Shown here: in pieces, positions 31,401 through 37,800 of the stretch
Layout of the letters: the number at the start of each line of letters is the position of its first letter
How positions within the stretch are numbered: the stretch's first letter is position 1
Origin: an uncultured Gammaproteobacteria bacterium
Lineage (GTDB): Bacteria > Patescibacteriota > Microgenomatia > Daviesbacterales > UBA10151
NCBI GenBank assembly: GCA_964500725.1
Contig: CAZCNP010000001.1
Coordinates: 321,520-385,519, forward strand
Direction: 5' to 3'
Length of the DNA: 64,000 nt
Program-made: the position numbers and the translations under genes
The notes under the pieces: model-generated
What the model saw: only the letters and a program-made list of their open reading frames with translations
What the model was told of the DNA's origin: nothing
Database searches by the model: none

Positions 31401-34371
31401 CTCTACTGGAGCTGGTGGAGGGGGTGGACTGGTAGGGATTTTAGATAATGGTAATGTTGGGATTGGCAACACCGGACCCTCTCAGTTATTCCAAGTAGGA
31501 CCCAATACTTCTGCTGGATCTTCTGCTATGGTATTTACCTCAGGGGGTAACTTAGGTATTGGCACAACTGGACCTGTTGGTAAGTTTGATGTTACTGATA
31601 CCTCCAACACTGGTGCCTCTTTCTCTCTAACAAATAATACTGCCACTACTATTGGAGCTGGAGTAAATACCTTGGGAGTTCTAGACCTCCAATCCACCTC
31701 TTTGACTACTGGTAACTTTATGAATATAGAATTAAATGCCCTATCTTCTGGAAAAGGTATTAATTTAACCTCTACTTCTACTGCATTTTCTACTGGATCT
31801 TTCTTAAACTTAAATTGGTCTCCTACCACCTCTACTACAGCTACAGGTGACCTAGTTTCAATTGGTATTGGAGTATCTGGAAATGTAGGAAACTTACTTA
31901 ATATTACAGATTCAGGTTCTTCTATCTTTGCTGTATCAGAATCCTCATTAACTACATCACTTCCTGCTAACTTTACTGCTGCTGGAGATGTGGCTATAGC
32001 TTATGATATTAACTTTACCAATCCTACTGCCTCATATGTTAAATCTGCTGCCCCACTATACTTACAAGCTGGAGAAACCTTTAACTCCTCAGACCTGACT
32101 TTGAAAACCTTTAACTCTGGTCAGGGAGTGTTTGATTTTGCAGGAGGAGCCAGTTTTATCCAGCCCCAAACCTGGAACTTCCCTGCTACCACTTCTATCA
32201 ATGCCTTAACATTTTCTGATTCAGCAGGCAATGATTTATTAAACCTGGATACTGCCAATACTAGGGTAGGAATAGGCACTTCTAATCCATCAGCTACTTT
32301 CCAGGTCAATGCCACCGGCACTTCTTCTTTTGTGGTTAACTCTTCAGGTAATGTGGGAATTGGAACTTCTACCACAGGTGTACCTTTGACTATCAGAAAC
32401 CTTGGCACCACCTCAGGAACTGCCTTAGTAGTAGATAGCGAAGGCCAGGTTTATAAAACAAGTTCTTCTTTAAGATATAAAAACAACGTTGCCAATTTAA
32501 ATAATAACTTTGCCAAAATTTTACAGGTTGCTCCCAAATCCTTCAATTATAAAGATACAGGAGCTGCTGATATAGGTTATATAGCAGAAGACTTTGATAG
32601 CTTGGGTCTTACAGATTTGGTACTTTATGATAACCAGGGCAGACCTGATAGTATTAAGTACGATCGGGTTGCCCTTTATGCTGTAGAAATATTGAAAAGC
32701 CAGAATCTCACCCTTAACAACTTAACTAATGCCTTATCTGTAATTGGTGGAAATGTAGGCATTGGAACCACCAATCCAACTGCTGCTTTGGATGTAGTTG
32801 GAGATACTAATATTATGGGGGTACTTTCTGTCAAAAACTCCTTGGGACAAAATCTATTCCAGGTAGATGCTTCTGGTTCTGCCAAACTGGCAGGAACTAT
32901 CACAACTGAGGCAGGAGCTTTTGATATAGCAGAAGACTATCAAGCTGAGGCAGGAATAGAAGCTGGAGATGTGGTTGCTATTTCGGAAGACAGCAGCGCT
33001 GATAACCCACAAGTAGAAAAAACCACCTCCTCCTACCAAAACAATGTCTTAGGTATTATTTCTACCAAAGCAGCCCTTAGACTTAGCTCAGGGTCTTCGA
33101 CCACCGACTCTCAACCTATCGCTTTAGTTGGTAGAGTGCCAGTCAAAGTTTCTACAGAAAATGGAGCTATACAAAAGGGAGATTACTTAACATCCTCATC
33201 TATACCAGGTGTTGCTATGAAAGCAACCAGACCAGGACAAGTTATAGGAAAAGCATTAGAATCATATTCAGAGACAGGAGTTGGCAAAATACTTATCTTT
33301 GTAAATATATCCTTTGCTGATCCAGGCAATTTCTTATCTTCCCTATCTTTGGATGATGAAGGCAATTTGATAATTCCTAAGATAAAAACTGCTAGTATTG
33401 CCCTGGATCCAAAAGTTGCCACAACGCAACAATTGGCACTCGACAATGACCAATTAACAAGCGCAGAGACCTTAAATGATAAGTCTCAAATGTCGAATGA
33501 CACTTACTATGATTTAGGCGGCAAGATTGCCTCGCTGGAGGAAAGAATTACTGAGTATGAAGAAAAGATTAAAGACTTAGAAGCTAAGGTAAATAGTGCC
33601 CCTGAGGCTACTTCTTCAGCAGAAATTAAAGATTTGGCTGATGAACTGTTAACCAGCTCAGAAAAATTGGTAGCAGAGGCCACCTCCTCAGCTACACCTT
33701 CGGCTGTCTTAGCAGATGAAACATTAAACTTAACTCCTCCTGAAGTCCTACTTAACCAGGCTTCTGCTGTCTTGACTGATTTGGAAGTTAAATCAGAAGC
33801 CACTGTTTCTGGACAATTAACTGCCTATAACTTAAATGTCCAAGACGGACTCAAATCTTTGGGAACAACCTCTTTGGGTAATACTACTATTGCTGGAGAT
33901 TTGACTGTTGATGGCACATTATCAATAGAAAATGGTAATGAGATTAATGTCTTAGGTACTCTCTACTTGCAAAAATCTATCCTGGCAACTGCTGTAGATA
34001 TCTTCAATGGCTTGGTAACTATAGATAATAAAGGTAATTTAACAGCTCAAACTATTATAGCTGAGGAAATAGTAACCACTAAATTGACAATTAATGCCAA
34101 GCCTAAAGAGGCTAGCTCCTCAGCTACTTTGGGCACTTCTACTAATGCCACCATTGGATCTGGTAAAATCCTTGCTGGAAAGACCAAAGTAGCCATATTT
34201 ACCAACCAAATCACTGAAGCTTCAAAGGTATTTATCACTTTGAAATCATCTAGCTTGGGTCAAACCCCTTATGTTGAAACTACCCTATCAGGCAAAGGCT
34301 TTGTAGTGAGCATTGATCAAACTGTTGGTAAAGATATTGATTTTGACTGGTGGATTATAAGCACACGATGA
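16417..34371 (+). CDS. Giant 5984-aa fibre/adhesin-like protein: MerR-type HTH, TM helix, GNVGIGT repeats, three inteins, peptidase S74 chaperone domain
   Basis: ASKLLGVHKDTLRRWEKAGKI (HTH); TM helix near aa 113-135; dozens of GNVGIG repeats; three C...HN/T inteins; SSLRYKNNV...IGYIAED (S74). Confidence 0.85.
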   Translation: MLKVNSSKKSLVKIAQASKLLGVHKDTLRRWEKAGKIKVVRDQKGDRLYDVSKLINSAPASQTSKVPTTEQLLKSASQHAQQSTLQPQLPALDYSALLDQTISKDNKQTGRRFYFMAAGFFLLLVLIGLGYIRVLSTQSKPQIITSLENKILAAITSQPLVKINADVKVRGSLSVSNDINGLAIATDSAGFTLTSENGKLTVVGDALLNQDLSSSGSPTFSSLNLSSTSNQLVFQSGGPAGTLTWTPTAARTITLPDTTTTLVGKDTTDTFTNKSISGSSNTFTNIPNSALTNKKITVTAGTNLTGGGDVELGSSITLSLKESPTFSGVVLLSDGTAAAPGLAFSNDTNTGLYRIGTDKIALITGGLATSGITIDSSGNLGIANNSPAYKLDVTGTANITSNTTIGGTLGVTGISTFSSTMGVSSGLSVGSTYSSLSPPTSGAIIEGNVGIGTSAPGSFALNVSGNTYLNGRLETSGNVGIANSAPSFTLDVVGTGRFSSLLNVLGNIGIGTSGAAGSALQVNGGGLFGWGTTSTALSSGAILGVNGNVGVGTTSPLANLHVVGQCVVGETKLKRRRRKKGKNGEWSDEYEDVEIKDIKEGDEILTLDESTGRFVPAKVNALKDMGIKEIFELTTATGKTIRTTGNHPYLALGVEHLALTSHDSASGVTGASLLNSTILSLTRGNKDHRIAVFIDAANLEKSVEKIGFKVHYKNLKRLIASLGSLDYIGYFTVATSSEQNVTLRQSLLRFGYNVVTKPLKLIKTAKGLKPKADVDVEITTEVMERKDDFDLMILFSGDSDFYYPIKLLQEKYGKKVIVISTRYSVSRELLKVADRYIDIAKLKGEIARGQKESPSFATGDSSFDESNLTTALQTISDILPFVKNLGKWTKVSGLKTGQMIAAVGKDNQPQFEKIASIKKVKREQVFDIEVEGTHNFVGNDIVAHNTFITGNVGIGAAFTTSGIVTPTNGLAVQGNVGIGTSTTNAALTVIGGITTTGNVGISNSAPSFTLDVVGTGRFSSDLTVSGTTFSASSAAGSFDSLTVGGGYGSTGVSISNAGVIQANGALTADGLITGSTGLTITGGVVSLNASSNNAVNINTGSSTGALTLGGGSGTVEVASTSWDISTLGAISGVTGITTSGGYTQSGTSENLFTGNVGIGVSATGAKLSLNGGAYIWPITTNIAAPNNGLAVYGRVGIGTTSPATNLHLIDTSGNTEIARFTSTTNSKDSYVQFNTTSSTSSMGLQLSSTAANSVGMRIDGSGNLSFHTGAASSSVMANNNKKMTIDTNGNVGIGSSASNGISAIQLFQVNGTSSSPFVVTSAGNVGIANSAPSFTLDVVGTGRFSSLLNVLGNVGIGTSGVAGSALQVNGGGLFGWGTTSTALSSGAILGVNGNVGVGTTSPLANLHVVGQCVVGETKLKRRRRKKGKNGKWIDEWEEVEIKDIKEGDEILSLNESTGEFIPRKVKGLLGMGMQEVYEILTEEGKTIQTTKNHPYLVDLSETAGTALHFIQKATFEYSERLGKEFYIDHLAGKKIKSKALNDTINFTHTGWNHFTEKSRSINELITRFFALPYAITVLSQASKVKIHEERKKPDMVVEYWIFEEIIEYALIRVVISAVNHGPKFFLSCSWLGTQAEGGILANKKELSLSQAVTPGRRRELVIPQLFTKLFIPKNVKNVKWVEVRNLTVGASIATISGWEKIVSIKNMGRKSTFDIEVAGTHNFLGNNIVAHNTFITGNVGIGAAFTTSGIVTPADGLAVQGNVGIGTTTTNAALTVIGGITSTGNVGIANSAPSYTLDVIGTGRFSSTLLANTFSSSEVTITGGTINNTSIGATVTSTGAFTTLSASGALAANGGITFDNATDTLGAFTAAGTINMNGNIITNIGATDTSFATTGALAITLDGADASGALSVSNASQTSDIFVAKDNTTAVFTIKDGGNVGIGFTSPSALLHLRQTGSGNAFYVEDQADDTSSPFVINADGNVGIANSAPSYTLDVVGTGRISSDLVVNGTTFSASSAAGSFDSLTVGGGYGSTGVSISNAGVIQANGALTADGLITGSTGLTITGGVVSLNASSNNAVNINTGSSTGALTLGGGSGTVEVASTSWDISTLGAISGVTGITTSGGYTQSGTSENLFTGNVGIGVSATGAKLAINGGAYIWPTTTAISAPNDGLAVYGNVGIGTTTPLANLHVVGQCVTGDTRLRRRKKKKNGEWSDEYEDIEIKDIQAGDQILSLNEKTGQFEPHTVLALKDMGIHQTFELITASRKSIRTTANHPYLIKQQKTRLSASSLTEFNADALYSGLSINTLPQNTNNVKSMTARSGTNVDLTGIEPANPDFSDPSVHQYQAHIKLLSHKWIKVSGLKPGMEIATINGWEKIAAIKKFAREQVFDIEVEGTHNFVGNDIVAHNTFITGNVGIGAAFTTSGIVTPTNGLAVQGNVGIGTTTTTNALTVAGNVNTTGNLGVGTSATGGYNLTVQGTTSITGAATFGSTGTFASTLTASNGLTLTTGALNLTSTSGQANLALTNNTNTFTVNGLFGIDTTNNRVGIGTTAPSAARLEVIGAGSVTGRTFWVTGSNLSSGLAVLDNGNVGIGISGPTASLDIVGTSYTTALDQSQTSTNGFYSSSIQAQSFTPSVTGPFMYADIKIQSGGGAPGNTALTLRSGEDVSGTVLATSTSVASLGSGWYRITFDNTPTLTAGQQYTIRYDRTSTNDWGIQGANPYSGGRFYGLGAWKTDDGAFKTYVYTTDTTLADAVKMANNYTSANSGAVLNITTAGIAGSYALRVNDDGTFTDTSPFVIDTTGNVGIANSAPSYTLDVVGTGRISSDLVVNGTTFSASSAAGSFDSLTVGGGYGSTGVSISNAGVIQANGALTADGLITGSTGLTITGGVVSLNASSNNAVNINTGSSTGALTLGGGSGTVEVASTSWDISTLGAISGVTTLNMSGAITAATASNTINGLIINSGALSGVTGITTSGGYTQSGTSENLFTGNVGIGVSATGAKLSLNGGAYIWPITTNIAAPDNGLAVYGNVGIGTTTTNAALTVIGGITSTGNVGIANSAPSYTLDVIGTGRFSSTLLANTFSSSDVTITGGTINDTTIGATITSTGAFTTLTSSGNTTLGTGASSVNTIGSTTTPGTLTLHGATTLDNTFTVSGANLTSLGGNLSFTGTAPSLTSGSSVLGIFAGGNVGIGTTSAMASSFNVNGNQVIGSSFIGGAAPTNGLAVQGNVGIGTTTTTNALTVAGNVNTTGNLGVGTSATGGYNLTVQGTTSITGAATFGSTGTFASTLTASNGLTLTTGALNLTSTSGQANLALTNNTNTFTVNGLFGIDTTNNRVGIGTTAPSAARLEVIGAGSVTGRTFWVTGSNLSSGLAVLDNGNVGIGISGPTASLDIVGTSYTTALDQSQTSTNGFYSSSIQAQSFTPSVTGPFMYADIKIQSGGGAPGNTALTLRSGEDVSGTVLATSTSVASLGSGWYRITFDNTPTLTAGQQYTIRYDRTSTNDWGIQGANPYSGGRFYGLGAWKTDDGAFKTYVYTTDTTLADAVKMANNYTSANSGAVLNITTAGIAGSYALRVNDDGTFTDTSPFVIDTTGNVGIANSAPSYTLDVVGTGRISSNLTIGGSLTSTGNLLPSADDTYDLGSSSARWQDLYVGPTSLNLVCTAGECGTARTWNIGVQESSGVAAAQGNLRIGLSSSRDFLNINTSGNLGIGTSNPGNLLTVSGGNIEISSASPQLIWTDTTAGQDAFGAIANSDYLEFMSGGTRNILVLAGATHANAGNVGIGTATPAFKLDVNGGINSGTSAGYSVGSWLGMSYAANGASYNLNLGGINASTWVGLGLFTSGTEKVRIDTNGALYSGNIGTSIANANLFVSGATSGNVGIGTTTPNTRLDVIGNGTYAADFMNGSVGIGTSSPQATLHVASAFTAVSDTGSTGGNLIIQGTDTTRDPTHGAALSFYLPATTAGGNPYVQARIIGAPDNSSNNNTSGRLIFQTRNNTSASFNNAMMIDSNGNVGIGTTGPNAKLDVIGGIRVTNTSSTNALVFGLANSNHYLKLYADTDTGISYIKNLSNYDIRLGHASSDDVIINSAGNVGIANSAPSYTLDVIGTGRFSSDLTVGGNLTVSGTTFSASGAAGSFDSLTVGGGYGSTGVTISNAGVIQANGTLTVDSTSTLTGAVSIGASNAALTFTGTTPSITSGSSVFGIFAGGNVGIGTTSTMGSTLNVSGNQVIGSSFIGGAAPQNGLGIQGNVGIGTTTATSYNLQVVGTIGSTSGITIDAGAGSSNATLTLAGRNSGTAHSASVFSNFNGGLNLKPATTGSDINVYLWNNATASTSNTMPLNFDLNATTDGKTTFAQIMGLSTDITSGAASGALSFYTKNTGSLKERMRIDLNGNVGIGTSAPFTALTGAFQVAPVSAPAAFFVGSTGNVGIGTTAPTNNLSVIGNVNTTGNLGVGTSATGGYNLTVNGTARISGNIGIGGTATFSNPTIFNNGITNNGVFSQTGQFLAGDGSAAAPSYSFTSSTGAGLWSPSSNNIALTTGTPTTTGTIKGISVDSSGNVGIGTSNPAGLLDIVKLGNDNPIYIDRYSTNNGHVPTIQFRTSQQNSLGNTATTISNMYGRLEWYGNDGNGFQRAAYIQAQQGSSTATDADLTISTGASGTIFMEGSSGNVGINNAAPVAKLHLTGAGITTGVNFLSTGAGGGGGLVGILDNGNVGIGTTAPGQKLDVVGTIKFGSGGYYSLGTDPTRLEIRNAANDSIALYTNGTRGLLMTGSQKVTVGGDISGGNSLFNVQGGTAIGSSYYLATAPTNGLLVEGNVGIGTTSPITKLDVSGGVGDTSSTDPQFSLSRWSSTGNNEVVKFRLMEQASGGTNFGVFTIQTKSTASAAESDSYYTNAFSITAAGNVGIGTTGPAVKLDVVGGGNYVDGLRLRYSALTNGWNFAQGTGGQLYFGYGSAASPTTMMLIDTNGNVGINNAAPVAKLHLTGAGTTTGVNFLSTGAGGGGGLVGILDNGNVGIGNTGPSQLFQVGPNTSAGSSAMVFTSGGNLGIGTTGPVGKFDVTDTSNTGASFSLTNNTATTIGAGVNTLGVLDLQSTSLTTGNFMNIELNALSSGKGINLTSTSTAFSTGSFLNLNWSPTTSTTATGDLVSIGIGVSGNVGNLLNITDSGSSIFAVSESSLTTSLPANFTAAGDVAIAYDINFTNPTASYVKSAAPLYLQAGETFNSSDLTLKTFNSGQGVFDFAGGASFIQPQTWNFPATTSINALTFSDSAGNDLLNLDTANTRVGIGTSNPSATFQVNATGTSSFVVNSSGNVGIGTSTTGVPLTIRNLGTTSGTALVVDSEGQVYKTSSSLRYKNNVANLNNNFAKILQVAPKSFNYKDTGAADIGYIAEDFDSLGLTDLVLYDNQGRPDSIKYDRVALYAVEILKSQNLTLNNLTNALSVIGGNVGIGTTNPTAALDVVGDTNIMGVLSVKNSLGQNLFQVDASGSAKLAGTITTEAGAFDIAEDYQAEAGIEAGDVVAISEDSSADNPQVEKTTSSYQNNVLGIISTKAALRLSSGSSTTDSQPIALVGRVPVKVSTENGAIQKGDYLTSSSIPGVAMKATRPGQVIGKALESYSETGVGKILIFVNISFADPGNFLSSLSLDDEGNLIIPKIKTASIALDPKVATTQQLALDNDQLTSAETLNDKSQMSNDTYYDLGGKIASLEERITEYEEKIKDLEAKVNSAPEATSSAEIKDLADELLTSSEKLVAEATSSATPSAVLADETLNLTPPEVLLNQASAVLTDLEVKSEATVSGQLTAYNLNVQDGLKSLGTTSLGNTTIAGDLTVDGTLSIENGNEINVLGTLYLQKSILATAVDIFNGLVTIDNKGNLTAQTIIAEEIVTTKLTINAKPKEASSSATLGTSTNATIGSGKILAGKTKVAIFTNQITEASKVFITLKSSSLGQTPYVETTLSGKGFVVSIDQTVGKDIDFDWWIISTR
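18112..19251 (+). mobile_element. Intein 1 (380 aa) with NYN/LabA-DUF88 PIN nuclease cargo
   Basis: GQ/CVVGETKL (block A), TTGNHPY (B), VFDIEVEGTHNF (F), VAHN/T (G); cargo VFIDAANL...KADVDVEI...FSGDSDF...ADRYIDI at about 18481-18960. Confidence 0.9.
18965..19064 (-). ncRNA. Putative antisense small RNA (~65 nt) with its own promoter inside intein 1
   Basis: TTGACA (19064-19059), 17 bp, TATAGT (19041-19036); CUCGUC-GAAA-GAUGAG hairpin; GCCCGU/ACGGGC hairpin plus UUUCUUUUU. Confidence 0.6.
19501..19916 (+). repeat. ~416-bp intragenic repeat, copy A (copy B 22453-22868; split copy C from 24922)
   Basis: Apparently identical nucleotide blocks encoding FSASSAAGSFDSLTVGGGYG...GVSATGAKL. Confidence 0.85.
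20650..21612 (+). mobile_element. Intein 2 (321 aa) with probable BECR/LPD3-like RNase cargo
   Basis: GQ/CVVGETKL, TTKNHPY, TFDIEVAGTHNF, VAHN/T; cargo INFTHTGWNH...VEYWIF...IRVVI...KFFLS at about 20908-21312. Confidence 0.85.
21343..21452 (-). ncRNA. Putative antisense small RNA (~75 nt) with its own promoter inside intein 2
   Basis: TTGACA (21452-21447), 17 bp, TATAAA (21429-21424); closing helix AAAGAGCUG/CAGCUCUUU enclosing two small hairpins, then a U-run. Confidence 0.55.
23261..23363 (-). ncRNA. Putative small RNA (~68 nt) complementary to the anticodon arm of the adjacent tRNA-like RNA
   Basis: TTGACA (23363-23358), 17 bp, TAGAGT (23340-23335); 5' segment AUACUCAGACCCGAGUAU; terminator AACUCGC-UGAAAG-GCGGGUU-UUUU. 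Confidence 0.6.
23393..23461 (-). ncRNA. tRNA-like RNA (69 nt): Ala-type acceptor (G3:U70, A73), GAG anticodon, minimal D-arm
   Basis: GGGCCUG|GUAC-UGGU-GUAC|G|CUCGGGU-CUGAGAA-AUCUGGG|UUU|GCGGG-UUCAAUU-CCCGU|CAGGUCC-A. Confidence 0.65.
23702..24897 (+). repeat. 1196-bp intragenic duplication, copy 1
   Basis: Matches 26075-27270 (offset 2373); identical shadow ORFs at 24285 and 26658 in the ORF track. Confidence 0.9.
26075..27270 (+). repeat. 1196-bp intragenic duplication, copy 2
   Basis: Same sequence as 23702-24897. Confidence 0.9.
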
Positions 34372-34859
34372 ACACAGATCATAAAAAAAGCATGATTCTC
34401 ACGGATAAAAAACAGATCAACACCGATCAGTCTACATCCGCTTTAAATCCGCCTAAATCCTCTTCAGGATTATTATTTGCCGACTTAACTTACAGGATTC
34501 GGGGAGCAATATTCACAGTTTACAACCAGCTAGGGTTTGGTCACAAAGAACAAGTTTACCAAAAAGCTTTAGAAAAAGAATTAATAGAAACTAAACTACC
34601 TTTTAAAAGAGAAGTTAGTTTAAATGTGAAATATAAAGATGAAGTGATAGGAAGCTACAGACCTGATTTTGTTGTAGATGATAAAGTAATTGTTGAGTTA
34701 AAAGCTGTTGAGTTTATGCCTAAATCTTTTGAAACCCAGTTAATCCATTATTTAAAAACTACTGGTTATCAATTAGGACTATTGGTTAACTTTGGTTCTA
34801 CTAAGTTAGTTATCAGAAGATTGCTATGGACAGGTCAGAAGGGAGATTCTCACAAATGA
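34350..34859 (+). CDS. GxxExxY family PD-(D/E)XK nuclease-like protein
   Basis: LGFGHKEQVYQKAL...YRPDFVV...IVELKA...QLIHYLK...GLLVNFG. Confidence 0.9.
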   Translation: MDYKHTMNTDHKKSMILTDKKQINTDQSTSALNPPKSSSGLLFADLTYRIRGAIFTVYNQLGFGHKEQVYQKALEKELIETKLPFKREVSLNVKYKDEVIGSYRPDFVVDDKVIVELKAVEFMPKSFETQLIHYLKTTGYQLGLLVNFGSTKLVIRRLLWTGQKGDSHK

Positions 34860-37800
34860 AAAGCAGCCTAACACGGATTTCTTACTATCTGCGTAAATCA
34901 GTTCTCAAATCAGCGTTTATCCTGTCTGCCATACTGGTAGCAGGAGGAGGAATTTTTCTCTATGGTTACTTCCATTCTAAGTCTGCTTCTGCTGCCTGGT
35001 TTGATGAAGGCTGGGCATACAGAAAGGCTGTGACTGTGACTGTTACTTCCTCCTCTTCTGATATTACCAACCTGGAAACTTTAATTACCGCAGATACCTC
35101 TGCCTCCGGCAGATTTCAATCTTCCTGCCAGGATTTAAGATTTACCAACACTAATGGTAAACTTCTTCCTTACTACATAGATTCAGGCTGTACTACCTCC
35201 TCCACCAAAATCTGGATTATGCTGGATTTAGTTCCTAAAAACACCACCACTTATACCCTGTATATGTATTATGGCAATCCCACAGCCTCAGCTGCTTCTG
35301 ATTCCACTAAATTTAGACTATTTAACGGCTTGAAGGGGTATTGGAAGATGAATGATAACGTTTCCGGAGATGCAAAAACTTTAACAGACGCCTCAGTCAA
35401 TGCTAACTCAGGCACCACCTATTATGGAGCCAACACCACTGGAATGGATTGTACCATCACTGCCAAATATGATAAAGGTTGTACTCTGGATGGGACAGAT
35501 GACTATGTCAGTTTAGGAAATCCAGCAGCCCTGCAAATCTCTACTGATATCACCATCAATATTTGGGTTAAACCCACCTCAGGATCATATATTATCTCAA
35601 GGCGTGGCTGGAACATCCTTCTGGGTCAACCGCCAGCATTTGAAACTAGAAACGCCGGCGATACAGGCTGGGATACAAATGCCACCGCCACCTCTACACT
35701 CCCCACTGATTCCTGGTCCATGGTTACTGCTGTCTATAGCACAACAGATCAAAAAAAGTATATCTATATCAATGGGGTACAAGAAGGAAGTGCTGCTAAA
35801 ACAGACGGCAGTATGGGAGATACTACTGCCAGAAATATCTATCTCGGCCAATACATAGTCGGTTCCCAATGGTATAACGGTTCAGAAGACGAGCTTAGGA
35901 TTTATAACCGGGCTCTTTCACAATCAGAAATCACCCAGCTTTATCAAAACCCAGGCAATATTGCCACCTATGTTGACGGTATCAGCAAACCTACCACCTC
36001 CTTTGCCACAGAAGAACAAGGCCCAGGGCCAATAGGTTACTGGAAATTTGATGATGGGCAAGGATCAACTGCCCAGGATTCTACCTCCAGCAACTATGAT
36101 GGAACCATCACTGGAGCAACCTGGCAGACAGAAGATAAATGTATCTCTTCAAAATGTTTATATCTTACCTCAGCTACAGATAGGGTAACTGCTGGCTCAA
36201 GCAATAATTTAAATATCACCTCGGGTGATGCTACTTACCAAACCTGGGTAAGACTTACCGCTGCCACCTTTTTGGATGGCTCTACCAACTGGACTTTATT
36301 TAATAACGAAAGCTACCAGGCTTCTGGAATGACTATTAGAATTGATGGCGGAACTGGAAAATTAATGTACAGATCCAGTCAAGCAGCAGCCTCTACCACC
36401 TTTACCACTACTTCAGCCCCTATTGCTTCTAATAATACCTGGTATCACATAACTGCTGTAAAATCTGGCACCACAATATCTTTCTATGTCAATGGCAGGC
36501 TTATTCAATCAGGAACTATCACCAACCCTGTAACCACTGCCAATGCTTTTACCATTGGTTCAGCTGTAGGTGGATCACAGTCAGTCAGAGGTTTTATGGA
36601 TGATGCTAAAGTCTATAACTTTGCCAGAACTCCCGCACAGATCTTGCAGGATTATGCCTCAGGTTTGGCTAATGCAGGAACTAAACAAGGCTCCTCGGCG
36701 GTACTCGGAGCAAGTACTGAAAAATGGCTGTCTGATGGGTTAGTTGGATACTGGAAAATGGATGAAAGTTCTGGAAATGCTGCTGATTCTTCCGGCAACG
36801 CAACAACTTTAACTAACAACAATATCACCACTTTTGCTGCTGGTAAGTTTGGGAATGGATCATCATATAATGGAACAAGCCAGTACTTCAGCACTGCCTC
36901 AACAATTTCCGGTGTTCAGTCAATAGCTTTCTGGGTATATCCCACTTCCACTACAGATAATTACATTAATCTTAATGGGTCAACTTACATAACTTCATCA
37001 TCCGGTACTGTCTCGGGAACCGGAATAACCTCCCCCAGCATTTATGTCAACGGAACCCTTAATGGCACAATTACTGCCAGTGCCTGGAATCATGTAGTAA
37101 TCACCACCGCCACATCTGTATCTGCATCTGTATTTGAAATTGGGCGGGCAAATAGCTCTTATCTTTCCAACACCAGCAAAATGGATGAGATCCGCGTCTA
37201 TAATCGTGCTTTATCATCCGCGGAAATCTCTTCATTATATAACTGGGCTCCTGGACCATCTGGTTATTGGAACTTTGAAGAAAGAACAGGGACTTCTACT
37301 TATGATACTTCAGGAGGAGGAAACACAGGCACCATCACCAATTCTACCTGGAATACCGGCAAGTTTGGAGCAGGGCTGTCTTTTGATGGGAACGGTGATT
37401 TTGTAAATATCCCCCAAACTACTACCTTAGACACCCCCACAGGTACCATTTCTATGTGGGCTAACTTTAATGATCTAACAGATAATGGGTATTTATGGAG
37501 CCAGAATGTTGATGAATGGAACATTTATAATAATGGCACCCAGCTAAAAACCTATTACGATAGTACTCTCGTTCATAGCTATACCCCAACATTTACAAAT
37601 AACCAGTGGGTTCACCTTTCCTTTACCTTTACTAAAGGAGGCACCTGTTACTTTTATGTTAATGGGGTTCAAGTAGCCAGTAATACCTGTTCCTCTACTG
37701 CCCCTACCCTATCAAACATTCATATAGGAGCAATGAGCAGCAACAACACATATTCTTTTAATGGAAAACTTGATGATGTTAAAGTCTACAATTATCAAAG

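Noticed and set aside
16887-34238. Many minus-strand ORFs (PIPTLP repeats) within the giant gene
   Set aside because: Shadow frames of the repetitive GNVGIG coding strand; no independent signals
16417-34371. Prophage, suggested by tail-fibre-like repeats and the S74 domain
   Set aside because: No capsid, terminase or portal genes; the protein has a TM anchor and sits among housekeeping genes
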